Both the position numbers and the translations under genes were made by a program. A stretch of 62,723 bases of DNA, the filler included. It is 4 parts of 4 records of this genome, joined end to end, with 100 filler letters (N's around TTAATTAATTAA, not from the genome) between each part and the next. Parts side by side here need not be neighbours in the genome. Positions count along the whole stretch, not along the records: positions 23,956 to 48,451 come from SRR22947727_3848; 3 more parts are not named here. One strand, given 5' to 3'. The notes beneath the pieces were generated by a model. That model searched no databases. It saw only the letters and a program-made list of their open reading frames with translations, and had not been told where the DNA came from. Below, piece after piece: positions 30,536 to 41,098 of this stretch (the first letter of the stretch is position 1; the number at the start of each line of letters is the position of its first letter).

Positions 30536-31465
30536 TTAAGCTCTTGGGTGAGCGTTTTTGTGAACACTTTTTAAAACTGAACTATTTACCTCTGTGTACC
30601 TCTGTGTTGTAGAAAGGCTTGAATGCCCAAGCAGCTTTTGAATTGTTCTCAAATCACCTCCGGCTTCCAATAAGTGTGTTGCAAAACTGTGCCTAAGTGC
30701 GTGTGGCGTCGCTGTTTCTGGTAGTCCCAATATTTCTCTTAATGCTCTTACTTCTTTTTGAATTATTTCAGCCCGCAACACCCCGCCCCTTAAGCCTCTA
30801 AAAATTTGTTCATCTTTACCCAATTCATAAGGTAGAAGGACAAGGTAATCATTTATAGCTTTTCTAATTATGGGCAGTATCGGAACTATACGATCCTTAG
30901 CTCCTTTTCCTGTTAATTTTAATGTGTTTTCTAACGGAGTTTGGTTATATGTTAAATTAATTGCTTCGGAAATTCGTAAACCCGCACCATAACAGAGTAT
31001 TAATACAGCGGTATTACGTGCTTCAATCCAAGGTTCAGAATTATTGTTACTACTGGTAGAAATAAGCTCCTTAGAGCCGGAAATGCTCAGAGCTTTAGGT
31101 ATTGTATGTTTTACTTTTGGTCCTTTGATTAATCTTAGAGCTTCATTTTTAATACCCCATCGACGTTCTAAATATTTATAATAACTTCTAATTGCTGATA
31201 GTTGGCGCTGTATAGAGGTTCCTGATAGTGGTTTAACTTTTCGCTGTTGAAATGATAAAAAAGATCTAAATTCAACTGCTTTTAATTTCATAAGATCAGA
31301 AATGTATAGCTCATGACCTAAATGATCAGTTATGAAACGCTGAAAGGCAGTGATATCATTCTGATATGCTTCAACTGTTTTAATAGAAAGCCGTCTTTCA
31401 CCTGATAAGTGTTTCAGGAAAATTAATAGAGCTTCTGTTGATTTAATGTCTTTATATTTAATCAT
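30536..31465 (-). CDS. xerC: tyrosine recombinase XerC
   Basis: GLRISE (Arg), GKGAK, HALRHSFATHLL, LLGH..LSTTQRY catalytic set; GGDLR motif. Confidence 0.88.
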   Translation of the reverse strand: MIKYKDIKSTEALLIFLKHLSGERRLSIKTVEAYQNDITAFQRFITDHLGHELYISDLMKLKAVEFRSFLSFQQRKVKPLSGTSIQRQLSAIRSYYKYLERRWGIKNEALRLIKGPKVKHTIPKALSISGSKELISTSSNNNSEPWIEARNTAVLILCYGAGLRISEAINLTYNQTPLENTLKLTGKGAKDRIVPILPIIRKAINDYLVLLPYELGKDEQIFRGLRGGVLRAEIIQKEVRALREILGLPETATPHALRHSFATHLLEAGGDLRTIQKLLGHSSLSTTQRYTEVNSSVLKSVHKNAHPRA

Positions 31466-31542
31466 TTATTTTCTATTAATCCAATATTATTAATTCTGAC
31501 TTAATCAGTTTATTAAATTATTTACCTAAGCTATATGGGCGT

Positions 31543-31968
31543 ATGCTTGATAATCTATACAATACGGATATTCTTAAACTATCGGCTAATTTGAAAAATG
31601 AAAGATTAGAGAATCCTGATTGCTTTGCACGAAGAGTTTCCAAACTATGCGGGTCATGGTTAGAGATTGATCTTAAAGTTGATAATGGAAGAGTGAAGTC
31701 AATTGCTTTAAGAGTACAAGCCTGTGCTTTGGGACAAAGTTCAGCTGCAATATTATATAAAAATATTGTAAATGCAGAAGTTAAAGAAGTAGTTTCAGCT
31801 AGAAACTCTCTTATATTAATGCTTAATGGATCAGATGTAAGTTTTCCCTCTCGTTTTTCTGAGTTGGAACTGCTTAGAGGTGTTTCTGACTACCCTGCTA
31901 GGCATACATCTACACTTTTAGCATTTAATGCTGCGGTTGAAGCACTCAAAAGTATCCATTTGGAATAA
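31543..31968 (+). CDS. NifU/IscU-like Fe-S scaffold protein (alphaproteobacterial type)
   Basis: SKLCGS, ACALGQSSA, ARH.STLL; precedes yidD-thrS as in alphaproteobacteria. Confidence 0.85.
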   Translation: MLDNLYNTDILKLSANLKNERLENPDCFARRVSKLCGSWLEIDLKVDNGRVKSIALRVQACALGQSSAAILYKNIVNAEVKEVVSARNSLILMLNGSDVSFPSRFSELELLRGVSDYPARHTSTLLAFNAAVEALKSIHLE

Positions 31969-31992
31969 TTCTTTAATAGTTATGGAGCTGAA

Positions 31993-32292
31993 ATGAAATA
32001 TTTTATGAAAAATATTATGTTATTGCTCTTATTGTTTTATAAATATTTTTTATCACCTATTATTACTTTTTTTGGCATCAAATGCCGACATAGCCCTTCT
32101 TGTTCAGAGTATTCAAGAGAAGCAATTAAGCGCCATGGAGCATGGATAGGCGGGTGGCAAACTTTAGCGCGCTTATCCCGCTGCCATTGGTTTGGTACAA
32201 GTGGGGTTGATAACGTTCCCAAAATAATTAAAAAACGACATTTTTGGGCCCCATGGAAATATGGAATTTGGTGCAAGACTAATGATGATTAA
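31993..32292 (+). CDS. yidD: membrane protein insertion efficiency factor YidD
   Basis: CRH.PSCSEY, AI.RHG, R..RCH motifs. Confidence 0.9.
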   Translation: MKYFMKNIMLLLLLFYKYFLSPIITFFGIKCRHSPSCSEYSREAIKRHGAWIGGWQTLARLSRCHWFGTSGVDNVPKIIKKRHFWAPWKYGIWCKTNDD

Positions 32293-32365
32293 TTTCCTAT
32301 ATTAGTGTATAGGTAAGAATTGTGTGCGTATAATTATATTCGCATATGTTATGGGGATAGAATAA

Positions 32366-34309
32366 GTGTCAACAAAAAATATAACTTTGACATTTCCAGA
32401 TGGAAAGACTCGCGAATATGCTAGAGGTATTACAGCAATTGATGTCGCAAAATTGCTATCTAAAAGTCTGAGTAAAAAAGTACTTGCAGCCAAAATTGAC
32501 GGAATATTAGTTGATGCGTCTTATTCGATAAATAAAAATGTAGATCTGGAATTAATAACTAAGAATGATCCAGAAGGGTTGGAATTAATCCGTCATGATG
32601 CTGCGCATGTTTTAGCAGAAGCAGTACAAGAGATTTTCCCGGGAACACAGGTAACTATTGGTCCTGTAATTGAAAATGGATTTTATTATGATTTTGCCCG
32701 AGATGAGCCTTTCAGTGATGAAGATTTTGCTGCGATAGAGAAAAAAATGGCATTTATCATTGATAGAAATGATAAATTTGAACGCATCGAGGTTAAACGA
32801 GAGGAGGCTGTTAAAATATTTAGGGAATTAGGTGAAAATTTTAAGGCAGAATTAATTAAAGACTTACCAGAATCAGAAACCATTACTTTATATAAACAAG
32901 GGAAATGGTTTGATTTATGCAGAGGGCCTCATTTACCTAGCACTGGTAAAATCGGGAAAGCTTTTAAATTAATGAAAGTAGCTGGTGCCTATTGGCGTGG
33001 AGACTCTAATAAAGCCCAACTCCAGAGAATTTATGGTACTGCATGGGCAAATCAAGAAGACCTTGAAACTTATTTGCATATGTTAGCTGAGGCAGAGGCT
33101 AGAGATCACCGTAAACTAGGAAAACAACTTGAATTGTTTCACATGCAACCTGAAGCTCAAGGAATGGTATTCTGGCATGACAAAGGTGCAACTCTTTGGA
33201 GAGAAGTTGAGGACTATGTCCGTCGTCAGTTGAAAAAAGCTAACTATCTTGAAGTCAAGACTCCTTTATTGATTAATAATAAGCTTTGGCAAAAAAGTGG
33301 TCACTGGGATAAATTTCGAGATAATATGTTTGTAAGCGAGGTTAGTCACGGAGCTCATGATGAAGTTCATGCTTTAAAACCTATGAATTGCCCCGCTCAT
33401 GTTCAAATATTTAATCAGGGTATGAAATCTTATAGAGACTTGCCTCTACGAATGGCAGAATTTGGTTGTTGTCATAGAAATGAACCGACAGGTGCGCTTC
33501 ATGGAATAATGCGTGTGCGTGGTTTTACGCAGGATGACGCTCATATCTTTTGTACAGAAGACCAGATATCTAAAGAAACTGGTGCTTTCATTGAGCTTTT
33601 AAAGTGCATTTACAACGACTTTGGATTTACTGATTTAAAAGTAAAATTTTCTGACCGCCCTGATGTTAGAGCGGGTGATGATTTGACATGGGATAAATCT
33701 GAAAAAGCCCTTATGGAGGCAGTTGAGGCAGTGGGTCTGGAAATTGAATTGAATCCAGGAGAAGGTGCCTTTTACGGCCCTAAACTTGAATTTATTTTAC
33801 GAGATGCAATAGGGCGTGATTGGCAGTGTGGTACCTTGCAAGTAGATTTTGTTTTACCTGATCGTTTAGAAGCTAGTTATATTGGTGAAGATGATAAACG
33901 TCACCGTCCTGTGATGCTACACAGAGCAATTCTTGGTTCTATGGAACGATTTCTTGGAATTCTAATTGAAAATTATTCAGGTAAATTTCCAATATGGCTT
34001 AGTCCAGTTCAGATTGTTATAGCAACTGTAACTTCTGGAGCAGATGCATATGCTACGAGCGTAGCAGAGATGCTAAGCTCCAAGGGACTTAGGGTTGAAA
34101 CTGATTTAAGAAATGAAAAAATAAACTATAAAATACGTGAACACAGTGCAGATAAAAAAGTACCTATCATTGCAGTAGTGGGGATGAAAGAGGTAGAAAA
34201 CAATAAATTAGCATTGCGCCGTTTAGGTACGCGGGAATTAGAGGTTGTTGATTTAAAAAATGCTTTAAAAACCCTTCCTATTGAAGCGTTACCGCCTGAT
34301 ATGCGTTAA
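32366..34309 (+). CDS. thrS: threonine--tRNA ligase (GTG start)
   Basis: TGS domain, DLCRGPH, KPMNCP, GEGAFYGPK, HRAILGS.ERF. Confidence 0.99.
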   Translation: MSTKNITLTFPDGKTREYARGITAIDVAKLLSKSLSKKVLAAKIDGILVDASYSINKNVDLELITKNDPEGLELIRHDAAHVLAEAVQEIFPGTQVTIGPVIENGFYYDFARDEPFSDEDFAAIEKKMAFIIDRNDKFERIEVKREEAVKIFRELGENFKAELIKDLPESETITLYKQGKWFDLCRGPHLPSTGKIGKAFKLMKVAGAYWRGDSNKAQLQRIYGTAWANQEDLETYLHMLAEAEARDHRKLGKQLELFHMQPEAQGMVFWHDKGATLWREVEDYVRRQLKKANYLEVKTPLLINNKLWQKSGHWDKFRDNMFVSEVSHGAHDEVHALKPMNCPAHVQIFNQGMKSYRDLPLRMAEFGCCHRNEPTGALHGIMRVRGFTQDDAHIFCTEDQISKETGAFIELLKCIYNDFGFTDLKVKFSDRPDVRAGDDLTWDKSEKALMEAVEAVGLEIELNPGEGAFYGPKLEFILRDAIGRDWQCGTLQVDFVLPDRLEASYIGEDDKRHRPVMLHRAILGSMERFLGILIENYSGKFPIWLSPVQIVIATVTSGADAYATSVAEMLSSKGLRVETDLRNEKINYKIREHSADKKVPIIAVVGMKEVENNKLALRRLGTRELEVVDLKNALKTLPIEALPPDMR

Positions 34310-34324
34310 TAAAAATTTAGTTGC

Positions 34325-35548
34325 ATGATGCTAAATATAGAAAAATTCAACTATAATTTGCTAGTTATAGTTCTGGTGTTAACTCCAATTGTTGCACATT
34401 CTGGCGGGTTAGGATTTGTTCCACTTGTCTTTTCTATGGGATTAGTTGCTTCAATATTGTGTTTGATATCTGGACGATTTGAATTTACCAAAGTGCAACA
34501 AGCTCTAGTCGTATTTACTTTATGGTTATGTTTATCTTCAATGTGGAGTCCATATGAACCAGATGTTATTTTTACGAATTATTTTAAAATATTAATAATG
34601 AGTTTTGCTTTATATTGGTCAGTATTCTTTTTTGAATTAGTCTCAAAAAAGAATACTAAAAAACTTATAAGCCTTATTTTGATTATAGGTTTCCTTGAAG
34701 CAATAGTTTTATTTGTAGATATTAAAACACATTATTCGATAACAATGGCCATAGACTCACTGTACACATCTGAAGATAGGTTATACCGATTGGCACAAAC
34801 TGAGATGAATTTGGGTCATGCCATTATATTTTTAGTTTTATTGGTAAGTCCTATTTTAGTTTTTATTTTTAGTCGCTACTCTAAAACTTTATCTTTAATT
34901 GCATCATTAATAATAGTGTTTTTAATTATATTTTCTGCCGTCTTAAATAACCTTACAACAGGAATTTTTTCTGTGATAGCTGTTTTGTTATCTATGTGGT
35001 TTAGTTATATTTACCCAAAGATTGCACCTAGTTTTTTTATCCATATTGCTGTTTTATTAATACTCTTTGCACCAATTTTAGCTTACTTATCTTTTTTAAT
35101 TACAGAGCCGGGTTTAACTGACCTTCCTATGTCTTGGGACCATCGTTTACGTATGTGGGGTTACTGTTGGAATATAATTTCTGAACACCCTTTAGTAGGC
35201 GCTGGTTTTGATGCATCTCGAACATTTAATGATACATTTTTTGCCAAGGATGGAAGGGAACTAACTTTGCTTTCCCTGCACCCTCATAATTTAGGCATCC
35301 AAATATGGACTGAAACCGGTCTAGTCGGAGCAGTTTTTGCTGCAATTCTTTTATTTTCTTCAATTAGGCCTTTAAAAAAAATTACAAGTAATAAAAAATC
35401 ATCTGTAGCCTTTAGCGGAGTCATTGTAGCATCAATCACAATTTCATCTTTATCAATTGGGGCTTGGCAACTATGGTGGTGGTCTTCTGTCTTTTTGGTG
35501 TTAGGTGTTACTAAGTTAGTTAGTTTTTCTGATAAACAAGACTATTAA
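34325..35548 (+). CDS. O-antigen ligase family polytopic membrane protein
   Basis: Many TM helices, S..HR..MW, HPLVGAG, LHPHN..Q.W.E.G motif. Confidence 0.8.
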   Translation: MMLNIEKFNYNLLVIVLVLTPIVAHSGGLGFVPLVFSMGLVASILCLISGRFEFTKVQQALVVFTLWLCLSSMWSPYEPDVIFTNYFKILIMSFALYWSVFFFELVSKKNTKKLISLILIIGFLEAIVLFVDIKTHYSITMAIDSLYTSEDRLYRLAQTEMNLGHAIIFLVLLVSPILVFIFSRYSKTLSLIASLIIVFLIIFSAVLNNLTTGIFSVIAVLLSMWFSYIYPKIAPSFFIHIAVLLILFAPILAYLSFLITEPGLTDLPMSWDHRLRMWGYCWNIISEHPLVGAGFDASRTFNDTFFAKDGRELTLLSLHPHNLGIQIWTETGLVGAVFAAILLFSSIRPLKKITSNKKSSVAFSGVIVASITISSLSIGAWQLWWWSSVFLVLGVTKLVSFSDKQDY

Positions 35549-35628
35549 TAACTTTTAATTTGTAACACCACGATGTCTCATATTACATATATGAACACGC
35601 GAGGATATAATTTGTAAGGATAAATTTT

Positions 35629-36510
35629 GTGGCTAAAGAAGTTAGCAAAAAAAATATTAACGGATCTTCTATAAGTGTTATAATGGTATCATATATGACT
35701 GGTCCGGCTTTGTTTGAAGCGATAAACCATGTAATATTGGATACGCAAATTTCTGAGCTTATTATCGTTGATAATGGTAACCCTGCACTAGCAAGGAAAA
35801 ACCTTCTTTTACTAATAAAGCCTTATGCACATATAAAGTTAATAACGGGTCATGGAAATATAGGGTTTTCCAGGGCTTGCAATTATGGCGCAGGACTTGC
35901 TACTGGTAATTTTCTATTATTTTTAAATCCCGACGCATTAGTAGCTAAAAACTCTGCAACAAAACTAATGAATTTCGGAAAAAAATTAAAAAGGCCATGG
36001 ATCACAGGCGGTATGTTGATCAATTCAAGAGGCGAAGAGCAAAGAAGCGCAAGAATAGGAGAGGTAACACTATTTTCTTCATTATTGACAGTTTTGCATT
36101 TAGAAAAAAAAATAATTCATAAAGAAAAGAACCCAATACCTAGTGGTGCAATCCCCTGCTCGGCTGTTAGCGGGGCCTTTATGATGATAGATAAGCCTTC
36201 TTTTGAAATTATTAACGGCTTTGATGAAGATTTTTTTCTTCATGTAGAGGATTTAGATATATGTAAACGTGTTATTAAAAATGGAGGAGATGTATACTTT
36301 CTGCCCGATGCAACAGCAATGCATTATGGAGCAACTAGCGAAGTTAAAAAAATTAAAGTTGAGTTAGAAAAATTGAATGGATTTAAAAAATATTTCATTA
36401 AGCACAGGAAGTATAAATTAGAGATTATTCTTATTTATATGGCCTTACCGTTTATGACCCTTTATTTTATATGCAAAGCAATTTTTTTTCATGATAAAAA
36501 GACCAACTAA
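35629..36510 (+). CDS. family 2 glycosyltransferase (WbbL-like)
   Basis: IVDNG, GNIGF..ACN, FLNPD, GFDE.FFLHVEDLD. Confidence 0.88.
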   Translation: MAKEVSKKNINGSSISVIMVSYMTGPALFEAINHVILDTQISELIIVDNGNPALARKNLLLLIKPYAHIKLITGHGNIGFSRACNYGAGLATGNFLLFLNPDALVAKNSATKLMNFGKKLKRPWITGGMLINSRGEEQRSARIGEVTLFSSLLTVLHLEKKIIHKEKNPIPSGAIPCSAVSGAFMMIDKPSFEIINGFDEDFFLHVEDLDICKRVIKNGGDVYFLPDATAMHYGATSEVKKIKVELEKLNGFKKYFIKHRKYKLEIILIYMALPFMTLYFICKAIFFHDKKTN

Positions 36511-36512
36511 GG

Positions 36513-38231
36513 TTAGTTTAAACTATTTTTATTGCACTTAGAGTTATAGAGTATTCTTATATCGACTGATTTGCCTTTTGAGTAATTATAGCCCTTAATG
36601 ACAGGTATTGATTTAGTACAAAAACTATCCTTTTTCGCTTTAGCAATTATATTTTTTTCTAGTTTTATGGAAGAGTTGTTTTTATAATCAAGTATAAATA
36701 CTTGTTGCTTGGGAGTATTATTAATTTTTTCAATATCAATATCTCCTGAAATATTAATTTCTTGACCTAAGTTATATACAAGACTGGGTTCTTTGAAATG
36801 TGGTGATAGTACTGGTGGCCCTCCATAGCGTGGAAGCAATATTTCATTTTTTTTAAATTCAGCCATTATTTGTTCAGATACTTGAAACATGGGTAGCCTG
36901 GGGAGCGTTGCTTTATAGGTCACAAAGGACAATAGAATAGTGGCTATACAAGCTGATATTAAACCAAAATTAAATTTGACTTTCCACATGGATATAGCAG
37001 AAAATGAAAGAAGACATATAATGCTAAATCCTATGGAAATAATAAAAAAAACATGTTTTGTGTCTTTAGCAATATAATTCAATTGTATGGCAGATATAAG
37101 AAGAGTTAGAGTAAAACTTATCAATAAAAAAATTATAATATTAGCATTGCGTAACTTTAAAAAATTAGTTTTCATCAGAGGGTGAGTAAGAGCTATTGCA
37201 GATAATGAGCAAATAGCTGGAAATACAGGTAAGGCATAATGCATGAGTTTTGTTGGAATAATCTCAATTAAAAACCAATATGGCATTATAGCTGCTATAC
37301 AAAAGCGAACAGATTGAGATATTTGTTCCTCAAAAATTTTCTTGTCATTCACCACTTTTATAGCAAAGCCAATTGTAGGTAAAATCACTAAACAAGTGGG
37401 CCAAAGAGTTAACCAAATACTCAGAAAGTAATAGCCTATGGGCCCTGAATGACTTTCTTGTGATTTAAAAAGTTTAGCACCAAAATCATTGTTTAAGCTT
37501 GCAGTATAAAATTCACCATCTGTATTTAGCCACATAAAAATTGCCCATGGGACCCAGATTAATACAAAAGATATAATAGGAATTGGTTTTATTATTCTCT
37601 TCATCCATTTATTTTCTTTTTCCCAGATGGCAAGACTGATGAGTGTTAAGGAAGTAATTATTATCACTATCGGTCCTTTTATTAGAATACTTAAGCCTAA
37701 TGATAACCATAGAATCCAACATGAAAGATTTCTTCCATAGTTTCTCAATGAAATAATTGCACCAAAGCTTAGTGCAGACAAGCCAACCAAAATTGCATCA
37801 GTTTTTGCAACATGAGACTCAAAAACCATTAAACATGATAGCGCTAGCATTGACGCAGCAATAAAGCCCGCCTTATTATTTACTAAATTTGTTGTTGACC
37901 AATAGGTAGCCAAAACTGCTATTATTCCACCCATAATAGAAGGTATTCTCTGAACCCAAATTTTACGTTCAGATTTATTTGATAGTAATTTTATTGAAAC
38001 CGTTTGTAACCAATAAATGCCTGATGGCTTTTGATAACGCGATTGGTCTTGAAACTTGATCTCCATCAAATCCCCAGTTTCTGCCATTTGTACACTTGCT
38101 TGTGCAAAACGAGCTTCATCACGGTCTATAACTGGTAAGTTTGAAATACCAGGAAGGAACATGAATAAGCAAAGAGTAATTAATGCGATGATACTCTTTA
38201 ACTCATGTCTTGTGTGTAGATTTATTATCAT
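36513..38231 (-). CDS. ArnT/PMT-family (GT-C) lipid-carrier glycosyltransferase
   Basis: DRDEARFAQA, KP.GIYWLQ, AKTD, LIKGP, TKL.HY.LP; polytopic. Confidence 0.85.
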   Translation of the reverse strand: MIINLHTRHELKSIIALITLCLFMFLPGISNLPVIDRDEARFAQASVQMAETGDLMEIKFQDQSRYQKPSGIYWLQTVSIKLLSNKSERKIWVQRIPSIMGGIIAVLATYWSTTNLVNNKAGFIAASMLALSCLMVFESHVAKTDAILVGLSALSFGAIISLRNYGRNLSCWILWLSLGLSILIKGPIVIIITSLTLISLAIWEKENKWMKRIIKPIPIISFVLIWVPWAIFMWLNTDGEFYTASLNNDFGAKLFKSQESHSGPIGYYFLSIWLTLWPTCLVILPTIGFAIKVVNDKKIFEEQISQSVRFCIAAIMPYWFLIEIIPTKLMHYALPVFPAICSLSAIALTHPLMKTNFLKLRNANIIIFLLISFTLTLLISAIQLNYIAKDTKHVFFIISIGFSIICLLSFSAISMWKVKFNFGLISACIATILLSFVTYKATLPRLPMFQVSEQIMAEFKKNEILLPRYGGPPVLSPHFKEPSLVYNLGQEINISGDIDIEKINNTPKQQVFILDYKNNSSIKLEKNIIAKAKKDSFCTKSIPVIKGYNYSKGKSVDIRILYNSKCNKNSLN

Positions 38232-38307
38232 TATTTGCCATTAATAAATGGAGAAGTATTTTAAAGAGAAACTTGCTTGAAAGCCTTACACATGTCAAAT
38301 TAAGTCT

Positions 38308-39039
38308 ATGAAAACCTCACCTGATATATCGATTGTAATTCCAGTATTTAATGAGAGCGAAAATATTGTTAATCTTGCACATGAAATTACTACTTCTCTT
38401 GATGGGCAGAAATATGAAGTAATTTTTATTGATGATGCTAGCACAGACCAAACAAAGGAAAAAATTAGAGAGTTAAAAAATAATTATCCAGAAATAAGGG
38501 GATTATCTCACAATAATAATGCAGGCCAATCTCGCGCTATTCTTTCGGGTGTACAGATGGCGGAGAGCGCATACATAGTAACTTTAGATGGTGACGGTCA
38601 GAATGATCCGAGAGATATCCCTAAGCTATATAATCAATTAACTAGAGTGTCTGCTCCAGCAGATTTAGCTCTTGTTTCGGGTCAAAGAGTTAAAAGATTA
38701 GATAGTAATGCAAAAAAGCTGGCATCTAAGCTGGGGAATAAAATACGAAAAAGACTTCTCAATGATGAAGCTGACGACACTGGTTGCGGAATTAAGGTTA
38801 TTAAAAGGTCTGTGTATTTAGACTTACCATTTTTTGATCATATGCACCGTTATATCCCTGCATTAGTAATGCGTTCCGGTTTTAAAATTGAATTTTGTGA
38901 GGTAAATCATAGAGAACGAAAATTTGGTAGATCAAAATATACCAACTGGGGAAGATTAATAGTATCTCTTAGTGACCTTCTGGGTGTAATGTGGCTGGGC
39001 AAACGTCATCGTAGGCATGGTGGACTTGACGAGTTTTAA
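38308..39039 (+). CDS. polyprenyl-phosphate glycosyltransferase (GT2, ArnC/RgtE/DPM-like)
   Basis: PVFNE, DDASTD, DGDGQNDP, DTGCG.K, HRYIPAL. Confidence 0.88.
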   Translation: MKTSPDISIVIPVFNESENIVNLAHEITTSLDGQKYEVIFIDDASTDQTKEKIRELKNNYPEIRGLSHNNNAGQSRAILSGVQMAESAYIVTLDGDGQNDPRDIPKLYNQLTRVSAPADLALVSGQRVKRLDSNAKKLASKLGNKIRKRLLNDEADDTGCGIKVIKRSVYLDLPFFDHMHRYIPALVMRSGFKIEFCEVNHRERKFGRSKYTNWGRLIVSLSDLLGVMWLGKRHRRHGGLDEF

Positions 39040-39120
39040 AGGTGACGCTTTACTAATTGTTATTTCTTAAAAAAATTATATGGTAAGTATCTTAATGCTA
39101 TAAAATATTAAGAGGTTAGA

Positions 39121-39537
39121 TTGAGTTTTTTGAAATTATTTCCGTGGATGGCTGTTCCTGTAGTTATATACAATATATTGGCCCTAGGGGGTCTGGCTTT
39201 TTCTTCTGTAGAGGCTATTAGGTTACGATTAGATACTGATTTTTTAGTTATTCCTATTGGTTTAAGCGCTAGTTGGAATATTACACCTGGTCATGCATTG
39301 ATATGTTGCTCGATAATAATGCTTTTCATTGAATTTATGAAATCAAGATCAATAAGTAGTATAAATGTTCTAAGTCATGCTTCATCGATATTTATTTTCG
39401 TCATTAGTATTGTCGAATTTCTTATTTTTCCAGCTTTTGCTACATCTGTGTTTTTCCTAATAATGTTAATGTGCTTAATGGATGTAGTATCCAGATTAAC
39501 ACTACTTAGTGCTTTTCTGAGACATGGCGATGAATAA
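39121..39537 (+). CDS. conserved alphaproteobacterial membrane protein of unknown function (TTG start)
   Basis: About four hydrophobic segments; EFL..P.FATS.FF pattern. Confidence 0.7.
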   Translation: MSFLKLFPWMAVPVVIYNILALGGLAFSSVEAIRLRLDTDFLVIPIGLSASWNITPGHALICCSIIMLFIEFMKSRSISSINVLSHASSIFIFVISIVEFLIFPAFATSVFFLIMLMCLMDVVSRLTLLSAFLRHGDE

Positions 39538-39618
39538 ATATTCTGATTAAGGTTATTTTTAAGGTGCCATTCATTTTTTTTTGTTTAGTTTTTTGAAAAC
39601 CCTAGCTAAGCTTATTGC

Positions 39619-40368
39619 ATGCGCGCAGACCCTCATAAGTTAGATGTGTTTTATAAATCACCTTCTGGTATCCTTCTAAGTGATATTTTATCAAGAAAAT
39701 TAAATTCAAGATGGCATGATCTTTCAGGTCAGGACGTTTTGGGATATGGTTTTTGTGAGAAATATTTGAGTTCTTACAAGAAAACTGCAAATAGAATTAT
39801 CTTAGCGCTACCTAAAGTAAACCTTAATAGGGTCGATAGTGGTGATATGCATGCAACTTCATGTATAACAGAAGATCTATATTTACCATTTTCAGACTCA
39901 CGATTTGATAAAATTCTTTGTGTACATAGTAACGTAGACCCATCAAATTTTGACTTACTTTTAAAAGAATTTTGGCGTGTTTTACGGCCAGAAGGACAAA
40001 TTATTATTATTGCTTCTAATAGTTCAGGGGGATGGATAAAAAATATGGGACCTTTTAGTGAAGAGATATCATTTTCTAGAAAAGAATTAAAGAATTCCTT
40101 GGTAAATTCTGGTTTTCAGACGACTAACCTTACAGGAATTATACACTTACCTTATAGAAATCTATCAATAAAAAATAGATTTCTGTATATATATGAAAAT
40201 CTGAGTGAAATTATATTTCCATACTTTTCAAGAGTAGTGCTTGTAGAAGCTATCAAGCGTCTTTATGCCGACCCTAATGGGACACCTGAATCAATAAGAA
40301 TTAATACTATAATTAGTAGTAACCCACTAGCAAATAAAACTTTAACTGAACAAAGAGAATATGACTAA
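39619..40368 (+). CDS. class I SAM-dependent methyltransferase-like protein (YafS-like)
   Basis: VLGYGF, LPFSD..FD, EFWRVLRPEG. Confidence 0.8.
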   Translation: MRADPHKLDVFYKSPSGILLSDILSRKLNSRWHDLSGQDVLGYGFCEKYLSSYKKTANRIILALPKVNLNRVDSGDMHATSCITEDLYLPFSDSRFDKILCVHSNVDPSNFDLLLKEFWRVLRPEGQIIIIASNSSGGWIKNMGPFSEEISFSRKELKNSLVNSGFQTTNLTGIIHLPYRNLSIKNRFLYIYENLSEIIFPYFSRVVLVEAIKRLYADPNGTPESIRINTIISSNPLANKTLTEQREYD

Positions 40369-41098
40369 AAAATCATTAATAACAATTGAAAATGTTAGAG
40401 CTGAAATAGATAGAGTGGATAGTGCTTTGCTTTCCTTAATCGCGGACCGTCTTAAACTGGCAGCTGCAGTTAGAGAGGCTAAGTCGGGTGTGCAGCTTTG
40501 GCGTCCGTCTAGAGAAGATTCACATGTAAGAGAGTTAGCTGAGGATACTGAGAATATTCCAGCCGCACTTGTATCCAGAATCTGGGCTGAATTAATGAGT
40601 GCATCTATCGCTCTGCAAGGACCTATGAAACTTCATATTGCTTTGGAAGGCGGTGCTTTAGATGTATGGACTTTGGTAAGAGACCGTTTTGGAGCAGCAA
40701 TACCAACTATTTCTTATCCTACTGCGAGTTCTGCTTTAGCAGCAGCATATGCTGATGATGAAGGCGTGGCGATCTTACCCTCACCTGGAGGGATGAATTC
40801 TTGGTGGTCATCTTTGGGTCCAAGTGGTGCAATGCCTGATATGCATATACTAGCAGGACTACCGAGGACAGGCGCTGAATGCTGGCCTCTAGCAGTAGCT
40901 GTATCAACGGCGAGTATACAACCTTCTGGGTCTGACCAAACATTATTTATAAGTAACAAAGGGATGGAAATACCTGGCGCGATAAAGAGGGCAGAAACCG
41001 AAACACAAATTCTATTAAGTGTTGATAGATTTGAAACTCAGGAGCCTAAAGGAACTAAAATTATTGGGTGTATACCACAGCCGATTGGAAGGTTGTGA
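40361..41098 (+). CDS. chorismate mutase with a C-terminal extension domain
   Basis: AroQ motif R.EID.VD..LL.L...R, RPSRE, IWAELMSA. Confidence 0.85.
   Translation: MTKKSLITIENVRAEIDRVDSALLSLIADRLKLAAAVREAKSGVQLWRPSREDSHVRELAEDTENIPAALVSRIWAELMSASIALQGPMKLHIALEGGALDVWTLVRDRFGAAIPTISYPTASSALAAAYADDEGVAILPSPGGMNSWWSSLGPSGAMPDMHILAGLPRTGAECWPLAVAVSTASIQPSGSDQTLFISNKGMEIPGAIKRAETETQILLSVDRFETQEPKGTKIIGCIPQPIGRL

Noticed and set aside
30536..31465. Tyrosine recombinase as a phage or island integrase
   Set aside because: Its size and motifs fit housekeeping XerC. There are no att repeats, tRNA target or mobile genes nearby.
39538..39618. Possible gloB remnant opposite the methyltransferase
   Set aside because: Only a short minus-strand ORF with no recognisable GloB motif.
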